From a virus (Duplodnaviria > Heunggongvirae > Uroviricota > Caudoviricetes): a DNA stretch of 64,000 nt. Positions 10,063 through 19,591 of the stretch are shown piece after piece (within the stretch, counting starts at the first letter, position 1; each line of letters opens with the position of its first letter). Location of the stretch: positions 32,002-96,001 of IMG/VR virus record IMGVR_UViG_3300043464_001836; one strand, written 5' to 3'. The translations under genes and the position numbers were made by a program. The notes beneath the pieces were generated by a model. It had not been told where the DNA came from. It was given only the letters and a program-made list of their open reading frames with translations, and did no database searches.

Positions 10063-10482
10063 TTAGTCCTCTTCGTTAAATTCGGGTTCTACTTCTTCAA
10101 CCTCTGTAACCACAGAGGCTGCCTTGATTACTGCGGTAAAGTAGATAGCTTGCTTGCCCGTTAGCTTATCCACAATCTCTCGATCTAGAATGTAGCCAGT
10201 AGACTCAATAGCAGCTACTAGCGCGTTGATAGAGTCAGCCTTGGTTACTTTAGCCGTACCATCCGCTTTAGTAGCCGTCTTAGTGACCGCAGGCTTCGGC
10301 TTTGCAGTATCACCCTGCTTTACGTATACGCCAGCTTTCGACAGAATTAGTCGAACACCGTTAACAGACTCACCCAAGTCTTCTGCAATAGAAGCAATAA
10401 TTTCTTGAGTGTTAGTAGGGGTAGGATTGCTACCAGTGTAGTCAGCGATTGCCTTAGCGCGTTTTGCGTCGTCCCATGCCAT
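10063..10482 (-). CDS. hypothetical protein
   Basis: ORF in the minus-strand operon. Confidence 0.45.
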   Translation of the reverse strand: MAWDDAKRAKAIADYTGSNPTPTNTQEIIASIAEDLGESVNGVRLILSKAGVYVKQGDTAKPKPAVTKTATKADGTAKVTKADSINALVAAIESTGYILDREIVDKLTGKQAIYFTAVIKAASVVTEVEEVEPEFNEED

Positions 10483-10500
10483 GTGTGTATTCCTTTAATT

Positions 10501-10731
10501 TCAATGTAAGTTAAAAATGTTGTGTTTAGCTGATTTGGTATTAGGCATCAACCCCGCCTGTAAAACTGCTTCGTATAAGAATAAGTATCCAGAAGCTAGA
10601 GAACCTAGTACGTTACTGTCTACTGTAACTTTTTCTTCATTGTGACTGCCTAAGTCTTCGATAACTTGTAGGGACATGTCAGCTACTTCATTAACAGCAC
10701 CTAGATTTTGCTTACCTACAATTAGATACAT
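10501..10731 (-). CDS. hypothetical protein
   Basis: ORF in the minus-strand operon. Confidence 0.35.
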   Translation of the reverse strand: MYLIVGKQNLGAVNEVADMSLQVIEDLGSHNEEKVTVDSNVLGSLASGYLFLYEAVLQAGLMPNTKSAKHNIFNLH

Positions 10732-10976
10732 TTTGTATGCGCCTTTACTATTCCATCAATAAACTCTTGCTCTTTATCCTTCATACATAAAACTAGAATA
10801 ATAAGAGGAAAAGTACCAATACTTTGTAGTAGCCAAGCAAACCACCCTAATATTGGATTATCTGTATAAGTACAAGAGGCTTTAGCAGCTCTTAACGCAC
10901 TCAGCGCTTTAGGGTAGATTACTAGTACAGATGTTAAACCTGTTGCTAGTGCGATTACTATTAATGCTTCAAGCAA
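10722..10976 (-). CDS. small membrane protein
   Basis: Two hydrophobic helices. Confidence 0.4.
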   Translation of the reverse strand: MLEALIVIALATGLTSVLVIYPKALSALRAAKASCTYTDNPILGWFAWLLQSIGTFPLIILVLCMKDKEQEFIDGIVKAHTKCI

Positions 10977-11160
10977 TTGACTCCTCTGGTAGTTTGAGTA
11001 CTTCTACAAGAATAACGGAAACCTTTTTTCCTTCTTCTTTAGAAATATAACTAGCGTATTCACTCACATAGTCTTCGATAGACATATCACCCAAAGGAGC
11101 ATCGGTAAACATTTTCTTGCTACCATCCTCAAAGCGTACAGCTACTTTCATGACTTCCAT
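10969..11160 (-). CDS. hypothetical protein
   Basis: Preceded by the TATAATATTATTTCTGAG promoter-leader cassette. Confidence 0.4.
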   Translation of the reverse strand: MEVMKVAVRFEDGSKKMFTDAPLGDMSIEDYVSEYASYISKEEGKKVSVILVEVLKLPEESIA

Positions 11161-11180
11161 GGTTCCTTTCCTTTCTCAAT

Positions 11181-11199
11181 CTCAGAAATAATATTATAG
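11181..11199 (-). promoter_or_regulatory. Class-A promoter-leader cassette (minus-strand TATAATATTATTTCTGAG)
   Basis: Perfect -10 hexamer followed by a conserved leader. Further copies at 19023..19041, 19433..19451, 21392..21410 and 28793..28811 (minus) and 40190..40207 (plus). Confidence 0.45.
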
Positions 11200-11232
11200 T
11201 TCATCTAACATTCTAGAACAACTGCAAAATTT

Positions 11233-11613
11233 TCAAAGTGGTTTTTCTAGTGTAAAATAGAACTTGTGTTTGCCTATAGTTTTTCTATAGATGAACTTCC
11301 TAGACCAGTCTGGCTTAACATGCTTAGCATGATAGAAGGTGGAACCTGCTGTAATATCAGAGACTTTACCCAATAGCACGTCTAGTGCAACTGATTCTGC
11401 CAGTTTGTACGCTTTGGGGTCACTAGCTTTAGGCTTATAAATAGTCCAAGAGAACTGGTTTGGTGAGTGTACAACCTGGCAGATGTTTTTGTTTAGCCGC
11501 AGTGCTCTATTTCTAGTGACTAGAGCTACTGCGTACATGCCTTCTAGTGGCTCGCCTCTAGCCTCATGGTAGACGTTTAATGCTAAACAAGCTACTAGTG
11601 CAGTAGTTATCAT
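11233..11613 (-). CDS. Cell-wall hydrolase, SleB/CwlJ (Hydrolase_2)-like
   Basis: N-terminal hydrophobic segment. Conserved NVYHEARGEP...AVALVTRNR block typical of the SleB family. Confidence 0.6.
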   Translation of the reverse strand: MITTALVACLALNVYHEARGEPLEGMYAVALVTRNRALRLNKNICQVVHSPNQFSWTIYKPKASDPKAYKLAESVALDVLLGKVSDITAGSTFYHAKHVKPDWSRKFIYRKTIGKHKFYFTLEKPL

Positions 11614-12393
11614 CTAAATTATAAACCTATTACCTTTACTTAAGTTCTCACTAGCGTGGAGATGCTGAAGATTGAACTCACAGTGTAGTCCACATACTAA
11701 AGGATTTTGTAACGGAACTATATGGTCTACATGATATCCCTCTGGGCATGTTCGGTAAATTTCTTCTATAGCTACCAAGTTTGCCCACTTTGGGGTTGCT
11801 TGTAGCTTAGTAGCTTTGCGCTTAGCCACCTGAGCATTACGCTTATGCCTATTACTTAGTCTATACTGCTTATCATACTCTGCTCTTTTAAGTTTATTTA
11901 AGACCCTATACTTCATACCTCTTTCCGAGATACGAGCTTTATTATCTTCGTAGTACTGACGATAGTGGTCTTTATTACTGTCCAAGTACTTAGCATCACA
12001 CTCTTTACACGAGCACCTTAACCCATCTATGCGTCCTTTCTTTCTTGAAAAGGACTCTGAGCTTTTAATAGTGTTACAACTACTACAGTACTTTTTACTA
12101 ACTAAAAGTAAAAAATAGTACCTCCAAGGTTGGTTACCTTTTAAAGTAACTATATCAAAGTGCTTTCTTTTGATACCCTCAGCATAGTTACCAGAGCTAC
12201 TATACCCACAGTATTTATATACTGCTTTTATATCGTTTTCTAGCACAGTGAAAGCTATAAAGTCTGCCCAGGAAATATCCTTTATGCGATTTGGTAAATA
12301 CCTAGGTAAAAATACCTCCTGTGCTTTTTTGCCAATAGCTTCTAATACTTTAGCAACTATTTCATCTATATTACTACATGCGGCTTGAGTCAT
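11614..12393 (-). CDS. HNH homing endonuclease (family 1 paralog)
   Basis: C-terminal KLQATPKWANL...YHVDHIVPLQ...CGLHCEFNLQHL...ENLSKGN module shared by nine ORFs in the window. Confidence 0.8.
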   Translation of the reverse strand: MTQAACSNIDEIVAKVLEAIGKKAQEVFLPRYLPNRIKDISWADFIAFTVLENDIKAVYKYCGYSSSGNYAEGIKRKHFDIVTLKGNQPWRYYFLLLVSKKYCSSCNTIKSSESFSRKKGRIDGLRCSCKECDAKYLDSNKDHYRQYYEDNKARISERGMKYRVLNKLKRAEYDKQYRLSNRHKRNAQVAKRKATKLQATPKWANLVAIEEIYRTCPEGYHVDHIVPLQNPLVCGLHCEFNLQHLHASENLSKGNRFII

Positions 12394-12946
12394 GGTGGTC
12401 TAGCTTTACTATACTGCGGGTAGCCATGTACTCCTTTACCTCTTTGTAAGAGATAGGGCGACCCCAAACATCCCAACCTACATCTAGGATTTTGCCAGCC
12501 TCTACATGATACGAATTATGGCTATGGCCATGTAAGTGCCACGCACCAAAATGGGCAGATGGCCATACTGCTAGAGGATAGTGACACAGAGTAGCCATCT
12601 GGTCTACAGTATCCTCCTTTACATGCAACTCAACCAAATCTAGTACGTCAGAGAATAGTTGCACGATTTTAGAGCTATCGTGATTCCCTCGAACTAGAAT
12701 AATATTGCCATTAAGCTGTTCTAGAATTTCTTTAGTAAGAGACTGGTTTAGGAAACTAAAGTCACCCAAGTGGAATACAGTATCCAAGTCTGAAACGGTA
12801 GCATTCCAAGTCTCAATAATCTTGGTAGTCATCTCCTTCGCGGAAGCGTAGGGACGGTCACAGTACTTGATTACGTTAGCGTGACCTAGATGTGTGTCAG
12901 CAGTAAAGAATAGGTTTTCACCTGATGCAAAGTTCAATCGTGCCAT
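12374..12946 (-). CDS. Metallophosphoesterase (Ser/Thr phosphatase-like)
   Basis: Motifs DTHLG, GDF and GNHD. Confidence 0.7.
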   Translation of the reverse strand: MARLNFASGENLFFTADTHLGHANVIKYCDRPYASAKEMTTKIIETWNATVSDLDTVFHLGDFSFLNQSLTKEILEQLNGNIILVRGNHDSSKIVQLFSDVLDLVELHVKEDTVDQMATLCHYPLAVWPSAHFGAWHLHGHSHNSYHVEAGKILDVGWDVWGRPISYKEVKEYMATRSIVKLDHHDSSRM

Positions 12947-13403
12947 CTAAGGCTCCTGGTAAGTTCAATCAATATAAAGATTATACGTTCTTCTGACCGT
13001 TTGATCAACTACAAAAATACGCACTAGTGTACGTGTAACTTGATGGATGCAGCTGTTTTAGGTGGGGTCGGCGCGGAAGCTAAGAAAGTATAGACAATAA
13101 AAAGGACCCAGCCAAGGGCTAGGTCCAGGTTAGTATTAGTGCACACAGCAGGGATCCTGTTATTACACCTAGTATGAATAGTATTATTAAAGGTTTGGTA
13201 TCAACAAATGGGTACATACTAATTTAGTGGGTGTTTAATTAAATGTGATACTACTCGAAAAAGTAGATACACAAGAGCAAAGCCTACTGAAAACTCAAGC
13301 AAGTGTTTTAGTATCTCTAGTAGCATAGTATTATTTCTTCGGTGGTTTTACAGGTTTCTTACCAGGTTTTGGTTTGCAAGCCATATTGTTTAATCTCCTT
13401 TAA

Positions 13404-13535
13404 TTACGCTGTAATTGTATGTAGGAATAGCTTAGCAAAAGGCCACACCCAGACTAGGATATTCCAAACTACTACGCCTATAACCATTCCTACTACGATG
13501 AGCACTGGAATAATAGCGTCTAAATTAATTCCCAT
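13404..13535 (-). CDS. small hydrophobic peptide (43 aa)
   Basis: MGINLDAIIPVLIVVGMVIGVVVW... Short ORF, not in the track. Confidence 0.25.
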   Translation of the reverse strand: MGINLDAIIPVLIVVGMVIGVVVWNILVWVWPFAKLFLHTITA

Positions 13536-13567
13536 AAGTTTCTCCTATTTCTACAGTTTCTGCGGTT

Positions 13568-13643
13568 TGGGGTGACCGACGAGGTTTGAACTCGTATCTC
13601 TCTGATTCACAGTCAAAGCCTTTTCCAGTTAAGTTACAGCCAC
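13568..13643 (-). tRNA. tRNA-His (GUG)
   Basis: Hand fold: acceptor GTGGCTG/CGGTCAC, discriminator C, encoded CCA, anticodon loop CTGTGAA, T-arm ACGAG-TTCAAAC-CTCGT. Confidence 0.65.
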
Positions 13644-13742
13644 AAGTAGACTCCCTTACACCTTTAGTCACGCCCGTATTTCCAGGTACGGGCTATCAGC
13701 TGGAAACTGACATAGGAAAGTGAAGTCTACTTGTGGTGACTT

Positions 13743-13819
13743 TGGTAGTAAGAAGTGGATTCGAACCACTTTACATCTGGTTATGAACCAGACCGCGCAG
13801 CCACATTGCGTTCCTTACT
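13743..13819 (-). tRNA. tRNA-Met (CAU)
   Basis: Acceptor AGTAAGG/TCTTACT, anticodon loop TTCATAA, T-arm AGTGG-TTCGAAT-CCACT, encoded CCA. Confidence 0.65.
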
Positions 13820-13946
13820 ATAAAGATAGTAGCTTAAGTTAGGAGATTTACACTCCCCTCTGTCTTCGAGACCGTGGTTTCTATCCACTAAACTTATTAT
13901 GCTGAGTTCCTTCCAACCACTGACTCAGACCCCTTGGGTAGGGCTA

Positions 13947-14019
13947 CTATTTAACTTGGCGATTCCACGCAGGATCGAACTGCGTTCTCTGACTAGACAG
14001 GCATGGTAATACCAATATA
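13947..14019 (-). tRNA. tRNA, anticodon not resolved
   Basis: Acceptor GGTTCCA/TGGAATC, T-arm CGCAG-TTCGATC-CTGCG, encoded CCA. Confidence 0.5.
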
Positions 14020-14744
14020 CGATGGAACCTTTTGATTTTTGCTACCCCAAGTCCAAACAGGTAGCGGCTACTATAACTCCCGAAGGAAGTAGGTTTAATA
14101 AGGAGTTTCAACCTTACTCAGCTATTTTAATTGATAAATGTTCCGGAATGTATAAAATTAGTACACATTCCGCAACACTCATGAATGTTGGGCATAGGTT
14201 TAAAAGACACTATGAGGTCTAGCAAAGTTAATGTGTAGCCTTCACTTAATGTACTAGTTTGTCTGTAGCTATACTAGCAAACCCTGGAGTTCACGAAAGT
14301 TAAAGTGCTTGGTACTCCTAACTATCATTACGCACTATTCTCTGTTCTAGTATGCACAAACTTGTCAGGGTTTGTGTGCTATTTTGCACCTTGCGAGTGC
14401 CCGGTAGGCTATCCAGAATTTGACAACATACTAGGTAGAGAACTTCTAGTTTGAACTAACTAGCAAAAGTCATAGCGTATCTTAAGTTCGGCTACAATTT
14501 ACTAAGGTTGGCGAGGTTTCCGTAAGGCTTAGGACTATTCCACTCTTATGCCAGTTATTTCCACACCTTAGATTTCGTTTAGAGTGCAGAGCACTAAGCT
14601 AGTATCATAATAATACTAGCAGCATCCCGGTTTTACATCGTGATTAAAGATGGCAGTAGTTTAGAGACAACCTCTGCAACAGTCTTGCCAGTTTTAAGTC
14701 TTGAACTAGACTTCTGACTCTTCCACATAATCTGGTAGACCTAT

Positions 14745-14870
14745 TCGATCTAGGGACGATGAATCCCAAGTATCATATGAGCTTTTCGGGTACCTAGGAT
14801 TCGAACCTAGAATTGCGACGGTTTCTAAGAGTGGCTTAGGCGTCCACTGCCGTTTGCGTCTACCAACTTG
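14745..14870 (-). tRNA. tRNA-like region; one or two genes, boundaries unresolved
   Basis: Two T-arm-like signatures (GGGA-TTCATCG-TCCC and CTAGG-TTCGAAT-CCTAG) and a canonical D-loop AGTTGGTAGA. The acceptor pairing could not be closed by hand. Confidence 0.3.
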
Positions 14871-14894
14871 CGCGAGTACGCTAAAGTCTCATAA

Positions 14895-14970
14895 AGCAGC
14901 CTCTAGGAATCGAACCTAGTTAATCATCTACTCACCTTACCGGCCGGAGTTGGTGTTATTAATAGACTGC
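14895..14970 (-). tRNA. tRNA, anticodon not resolved
   Basis: Acceptor GCAGTCT/AGGCTGC, T-arm CTAGG-TTCGATT-CCTAG. Confidence 0.4.
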
Positions 14971-15043
14971 TAACCCGTCGATTAGCTGATTAAGTCCCAG
15001 TTGCTAGACTGCTTTATGAAACCTATTGGTTCCATAAAAATCT

Positions 15044-15292
15044 TTAGTACAACTTCAACTGATTAACCCGGGCAAACTTCTCCCAACGAGTGGGAAAACC
15101 TTGCCAATCGAATGTCATGTGAGTAATTGGCTTACCAAATATCTTATATGGCTTTTGTAAGCGCACAATGATAGGGTAGTCTTCTGGATGTTTACGCCAA
15201 GCATTGTGCTCTGAGGCAGTATCAATAGCCTCTACAGTTCCAATTGCTCGACCATAAGGAGTTACTACCGTTACCCAATCGCCTTTTTTCAT
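15044..15292 (-). CDS. hypothetical protein
   Basis: ORF. Confidence 0.4.
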   Translation of the reverse strand: MKKGDWVTVVTPYGRAIGTVEAIDTASEHNAWRKHPEDYPIIVRLQKPYKIFGKPITHMTFDWQGFPTRWEKFARVNQLKLY

Positions 15293-15498
15293 ACAAAGTC
15301 CACAACAGTGTAGAACTTGCCATCACGCTTGTAAGTAGTGCACTTATACCCAAGCTCTTGAACGATAAGTTTCTCAAGTTCGGGGTCGAAGCGCATGAAA
15401 GCGAACATCCGACCAGATCGCTTATACATCTCGATACTAGCAGCAATACACTTGATACGGTTACCAGGTACTTTCCAGAAGTTCATCGCTTTCTCCAT
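15289..15498 (-). CDS. hypothetical protein
   Basis: Preceded by the TGTAAAATATCTTTTCTGAA cassette. Confidence 0.4.
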   Translation of the reverse strand: MEKAMNFWKVPGNRIKCIAASIEMYKRSGRMFAFMRFDPELEKLIVQELGYKCTTYKRDGKFYTVVDFV

Positions 15499-15519
15499 TT
15501 CAGAAAAGATATTTTACAG
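15495..15519 (-). promoter_or_regulatory. Class-B promoter-leader cassette (minus-strand CTGTAAAATATCTTTTCTGAAATG)
   Basis: Further copies at 23122..23144, 24197..24222, 24411..24434, 28966..28986, 29243..29266, 29570..29593, 31420..31440 and 32921..32944 (minus) and 42234..42255 (plus, upstream of the Nampt-family gene). Confidence 0.45.
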
Positions 15520-15705
15520 TTATTGAAGCGTCAGAACAACGTTAAATTTTCCAAGGTCCGCGGTCTGAGTTGCCTTGAATGCGAAGGCTTAGACGCATGA
15601 GCCAATCGTATAGGTCTAGCATAGTAGCTTGAAAGATGTTTTCTAGTACTAAGTGAGATACTAGGTCGCCTACCTTGTATACTAGATTTGATACATATCC
15701 GCGAA

Positions 15706-15927
15706 TCATAATCTCTCCAATTTAAGTTTCAAATACTCGATTACTTCACGCTTCTTTGCTAGAGATGGGTGCATAAGCAGCTTTGCTACTTCCTCCCATA
15801 TCTGGTACTTAGTTAGGTACACAGCAGAGTCTACTAGATTATGTACTACTTCGTAGTCAGTAAACTCTTCCAGAATCTCGGGAGGAGCACTCTCTAGTTG
15901 CTCAGCGTCCCATACTAATAAAAGCAT
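15706..15927 (-). CDS. hypothetical protein
   Basis: ORF. Confidence 0.4.
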   Translation of the reverse strand: MLLLVWDAEQLESAPPEILEEFTDYEVVHNLVDSAVYLTKYQIWEEVAKLLMHPSLAKKREVIEYLKLKLERL

Positions 15928-16156
15928 CTGGGAACCGGGGAACTAGAAGTAAATCGCGTGCCTTTAGTAGGCCGTCAATTAGCTGGTCAATCTGCGTAAT
16001 ATCGAAAGGAACAGAACGACCAATACAGTCTGATAGGACTAGAGTTTCTTCATCTACTTCTAGAACGAACTCGTAGGTCTTTTCATTGGGAGCTACGAAT
16101 CCGAAGCCATCGTTTAGTTCATCAGGTACTTCAGAGAAAAATACAAGGTTAGTCAT
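15902..16156 (-). CDS. hypothetical acidic protein
   Basis: ORF. Confidence 0.4.
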   Translation of the reverse strand: MTNLVFFSEVPDELNDGFGFVAPNEKTYEFVLEVDEETLVLSDCIGRSVPFDITQIDQLIDGLLKARDLLLVPRFPDAFISMGR

Positions 16157-16555
16157 TTATGTCCAGTACTCAAGTTTGCCCTTACTATCGAGAATAACCT
16201 CGAATTCAGGAGTTAGTAGGAACTTCTTTAATTGCCTTTTTGATTCTCTACGCAGAGGTCTTTCTGTGTAGAGATTACGAAAAAATGCGGGGCCTGGCTC
16301 TTTGAAATAGCTACTACGGTCTCTATGTTCTAGAGCGTCTATGCGCCTCTGCTCTTTCTGCGGTTTGGGGACTTCCCACATAAATAGAAAATCTCTACCT
16401 ACGTATTTAGCTATTCTAGCAGACGGCTCCCATTCCTTGGACATACTATATCGCTTATGGTCCAAGTTAGCAAACCAAGGAAGGTACCCACATTCCTTTC
16501 TAAACCTATACGTTCTTGCCATAAAAAGGATTCCCGTAGGAGATATACATAGCAA
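16157..16555 (-). CDS. hypothetical protein
   Basis: ORF. Confidence 0.4.
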   Translation of the reverse strand: MLCISPTGILFMARTYRFRKECGYLPWFANLDHKRYSMSKEWEPSARIAKYVGRDFLFMWEVPKPQKEQRRIDALEHRDRSSYFKEPGPAFFRNLYTERPLRRESKRQLKKFLLTPEFEVILDSKGKLEYWT

Positions 16556-16746
16556 TAAAATCTTTGTACTCTTGCTGGTGTTCTTGCAAGTACCAAAACT
16601 TGCTAGGAGGATTAACTTTCATCGTGTAGCAATATTCTTTCCACATGGCCGAATGAAATTCTTTGTTCAGAATCATATAATTTCTCCTAATCAAAGAAGA
16701 AATTATACGCTATAGAGCTATGTGAAGCAACACCGAACTTTAGATG

Positions 16747-17055
16747 TTAGGAACCGTAAGCCTTCCAAAACGCCACTTGTTCCTCACTATTAAGTGGCTC
16801 TAGTGCTATAGTACCTAAGTGTGTAGGGTCATACTTGTCGTCCCATAACCGTTTGGTTGTTTTTAGCCGACTTTTGAGAAAAGGTAGTAAGGCTGTATGC
16901 GCTGCTGGAATTTGGTGTGTATAAATTCCTTTTTCACCGATCAAGTACTCAAGGTCTTCATAAATATCAGACATTTTAGTATGTAGCCTGCCGGTAGTAA
17001 GGTTACGAATTCGTTGAATATCCATTTGTACAGCTCCATTGTTAAAATTTGGCAT
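16747..17055 (-). CDS. hypothetical protein
   Basis: ORF. Confidence 0.4.
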   Translation of the reverse strand: MPNFNNGAVQMDIQRIRNLTTGRLHTKMSDIYEDLEYLIGEKGIYTHQIPAAHTALLPFLKSRLKTTKRLWDDKYDPTHLGTIALEPLNSEEQVAFWKAYGS

Positions 17056-17133
17056 CCCACCAAGGTACCGGCCCTCGTCTTGCGATTTTGGAGATCGCCG
17101 TGCTACTTTTACACTAGTGAGACATTGTCTGGC

Positions 17134-17204
17134 AGGCCTATCTAGACTCGAACTAGAAACTCAGCAGTCAAAGTGCTGGGTGATAACCAATTTCACCATA
17201 AGCC
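17134..17204 (-). tRNA. tRNA-Gln (UUG)
   Basis: Acceptor GGCTTAT/ATAGGCC, D-stem GTGA/TCAC, anticodon stem CAGCA/TGCTG, loop CTTTGAC, T-loop TTCGAGT. Confidence 0.6.
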
Positions 17205-17779
17205 AATTATTTACTCTTTTGTAGACAGTAGTTAGGGCACGCCTCACAAGGCTGGTGTAGCTGTGTAAGGGAACACTCAGTGCAACTTAGTTGAAATATT
17301 AATATCATTTTATCTCCATCAATTATTAGGTAATATACTTTCGTGGGTGGCCCCAACACTGGGCTAGCAGTGCATCTTCTGCTATTTATTTTCGATCCTT
17401 AAACCGCATCCTAGGTCTTGCCTATAGTGATGCCACACCGCAGTCTAAGTCACTTTCCTTCACCACCCCGAAAGTATACTAGGAAGCATACTAGCTTAGG
17501 GACTCACACCCTTTTGGTTAAATAACTTGTCTTAACTAGCATACTTTCTAATAGAGACTGTATTGGGTAATAAGGAACAGTCTCAAAACCTCAGCTATTA
17601 CTTAGGCAGCAATAGCAAACACTTCGTCGTTAGCATTTAATACTTTTGTGTCTTCGACCGGGAGAACCCAATCCTAACGGCTTTCACTTTGCCGATTCTA
17701 GCTTATCTATCCAACGCCTGTCGAATCCAATTCAGGCACATTATTAAGTACACTTCGCATTGCCATATTATGCTACTCT

Positions 17780-17870
17780 TATCCAGGGTTGGAATCGAAC
17801 CAACATCTAAGTGTACTTAATGGTGTACCTGGCGAACCTCGAAGTTCGCGTCCAAGCCTCTTCAATTTAA
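17780..17870 (-). tRNA. tRNA-like region; one or two genes, unresolved
   Basis: T-arms GTTGG-TTCGATT-CCAAC and CGAAC-TTCGAGG-GTTCG with CCA-type 3-prime ends. The 5-prime acceptor strands were not found. Confidence 0.3.
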
Positions 17871-18072
17871 GCTTACAACTTAAGCACTAAGGCTTAAGTA
17901 ACGAATTTCTTAATTACTATGCCAATTACCTACTTGATATAAAGCTATTAGCTTAGACTCTCTATGCATATCGTTTCTATGCACTCTAAAGTATGGCTTA
18001 TTCTTTCCTATTTGGAAATGATATAACCAAATACGCAAGTTAAATACAAGGTCTGACATAAATTTCCTTGTT

Positions 18073-18148
18073 TGGAGTCACTAGAGGGACTTGAACCCTG
18101 CATTATCGGAATGAAAACCCGAGGTCCTGACCTTTAGACGGTAGTGAC
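18073..18148 (-). tRNA. tRNA-Glu (UUC)
   Basis: Acceptor GTCACTA/TAGTGAC, anticodon stem TCGGG/TCCGA, loop TTTTCAT, encoded CCA. Confidence 0.65.
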
Positions 18149-18297
18149 AGTTTTAATCTAAAATAGTAGCATGAATTACAGCATCACCAGAAGAACGAAT
18201 AAACTCATACAGTTCTTGTTCACTAGCAAACTCATAGTCCTTGCTAGTTTCGTCCCAGTAGAAGAGGCGTACTTTAATCATTAGCTATCCTTTAATT

Positions 18298-18381
18298 TGG
18301 TGGGCGAGGAGAGATTCGAACTCTCAATCCTTTCGGCATTAGTTCCTAAGACTAACGTGTATACCATTCCACCACTCGCCC
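18298..18381 (-). tRNA. tRNA-Leu (UAG), class II
   Basis: Acceptor GGGCGAG/CTCGCCC, anticodon stem TTAGT/ACTAA, loop CTTAGGA, long variable arm, T-arm GAGAG-TTCGAAT-CTCTC, encoded CCA. Confidence 0.7.
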
Positions 18382-18387
18382 TATATT

Positions 18388-18510
18388 ATTTGTAATAACC
18401 TCTAGTGAGAGAAGTTAGCTGGGTTCTGCGATTAGCAGTCCATCTGAAAGCTCTCACACTTTCACCGGAGAACTTAGTCTCCGACTAACCTAGAGGTTAT
18501 TACAAATAAT
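18388..18510. repeat. Perfect 21-bp inverted repeat (ATTATTTGTAATAACCTCTAG) flanking an ~80-bp spacer
   Basis: Arms at 18388..18408 and 18490..18510 are exact reverse complements. The element lies between tRNA-Leu and tRNA-Tyr. Confidence 0.7.
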
Positions 18511-18518
18511 ACTCTGTG

Positions 18519-18608
18519 TGGAGTGTCTTGGATTCGAACCAAGAATGTTTACCCAGAGGGGATGGATTTACAGTCCACCGATGCACACGCCGTAGCATCA
18601 AACACTCC
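18519..18608 (-). tRNA. tRNA-Tyr (GUA), class II
   Basis: Acceptor GGAGTGT/ACACTCC, anticodon stem GTGGA/TCCAT, loop CTGTAAA, variable-arm hairpin CCC-TCT-GGG, T-arm CTTGG-TTCGAAT-CCAAG. Confidence 0.65.
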
Positions 18609-19065
18609 ACACAGAATACTATACGGTACTATTGAGGTCTTGACCGTACGAGCCCTTAACCTCTTCCCAGTATTCGTGTCATCAATTCTAGTGTTAGATG
18701 AGCACCATCAGAATATAAAGCTCTCCATGAGAAGCTGGGTAAATAGATAGATACCCACTATTGTAGTTTTGCTTGGACTACGAACCACCAGTTTCTCGTC
18801 AGCATCTTGGAATCTGACCGCAGGCTTAGTACTACTCAAAAGTGTAGCAACTCAAAGAGTTATACTGGAGGATACTTTAGGCACTCTTAACAACCTAAGT
18901 ACTTTTTCGCTAGTTTCACTTCCTAGAGACTTTCCAAGTTCTCTAGAATCGTGTAGCACTCACTGTTATTCTAAATTTTCAACTAAGGCTGTCATTCCTA
19001 TCAGTCCGCTGTCGTTTACTAATTCAGAAATAATATTATAAAGCGTTTAACTTATTCAAACAACT

Positions 19066-19278
19066 TCAAATTTCTAGTGCTGAAATCATACCATCGTTGT
19101 CAAAAGCAGCTTGTTTAATACTAGCAGAGTCATAGTCTGCTGCATCATATTCTGTATCAGTTAATCGCTCAAAAGCAATACGTAGTGCCTGACCCTCAGT
19201 GTAAACTTCAACTACTTCTTGCTGAAGCCTATAGTCTATGAAGTTAACCCAAGCAATACAAAATTTCATAAGTACCAT
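19066..19278 (-). CDS. hypothetical protein
   Basis: ORF. Confidence 0.4.
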   Translation of the reverse strand: MVLMKFCIAWVNFIDYRLQQEVVEVYTEGQALRIAFERLTDTEYDAADYDSASIKQAAFDNDGMISALEI

Positions 19279-19591
19279 AAGTATCCTTACATGAAGTAAA
19301 GGTGGGTCATTAGTGCATCAGAGTTAAAGGTACCTTTGAACAAGTTGTAATATACGTCTTCCATATCAGCAATAAACTGTGTAGAAAACTCTCGTGCGTG
19401 GATTTGGTCTAAAATAAACATTGCGTTCCTCACTCAGAAATAATATTATAAAGCGTTTGGCTTGTTGAAACAACTTCAAAATTTTGGCAGAGAGCTGGTA
19501 GCACGATTACCATACCATTTCTGGTACGAGCTGCTTAGCAGGCAGTCCTAGACCCTGTCTAGTTAACTCTCTATTGTTTGGCGGAAGGTAG

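Noticed and set aside
13660-13740. A possible additional tRNA (anticodon UCC) between tRNA-His and tRNA-Met
   Set aside because: The acceptor and anticodon stems can be drawn, but the would-be T-arm is a 7-bp GCCCGTA/TACGGGC hairpin with an 8-nt non-T-loop. It looks more like a terminator or processing hairpin and is left unannotated.
13342-14222. Plus-strand ORFs of 66-77 aa inside the tRNA island
   Set aside because: They overlap hand-folded minus-strand tRNAs or a strong hairpin, lack an RBS, and all neighbouring genes are on the minus strand.
18760-18800. T-arm-like GGACTACGAACC signature
   Set aside because: Only a 3-bp T-stem is possible and no acceptor pairing was found. It is probably chance similarity within a non-coding leader.
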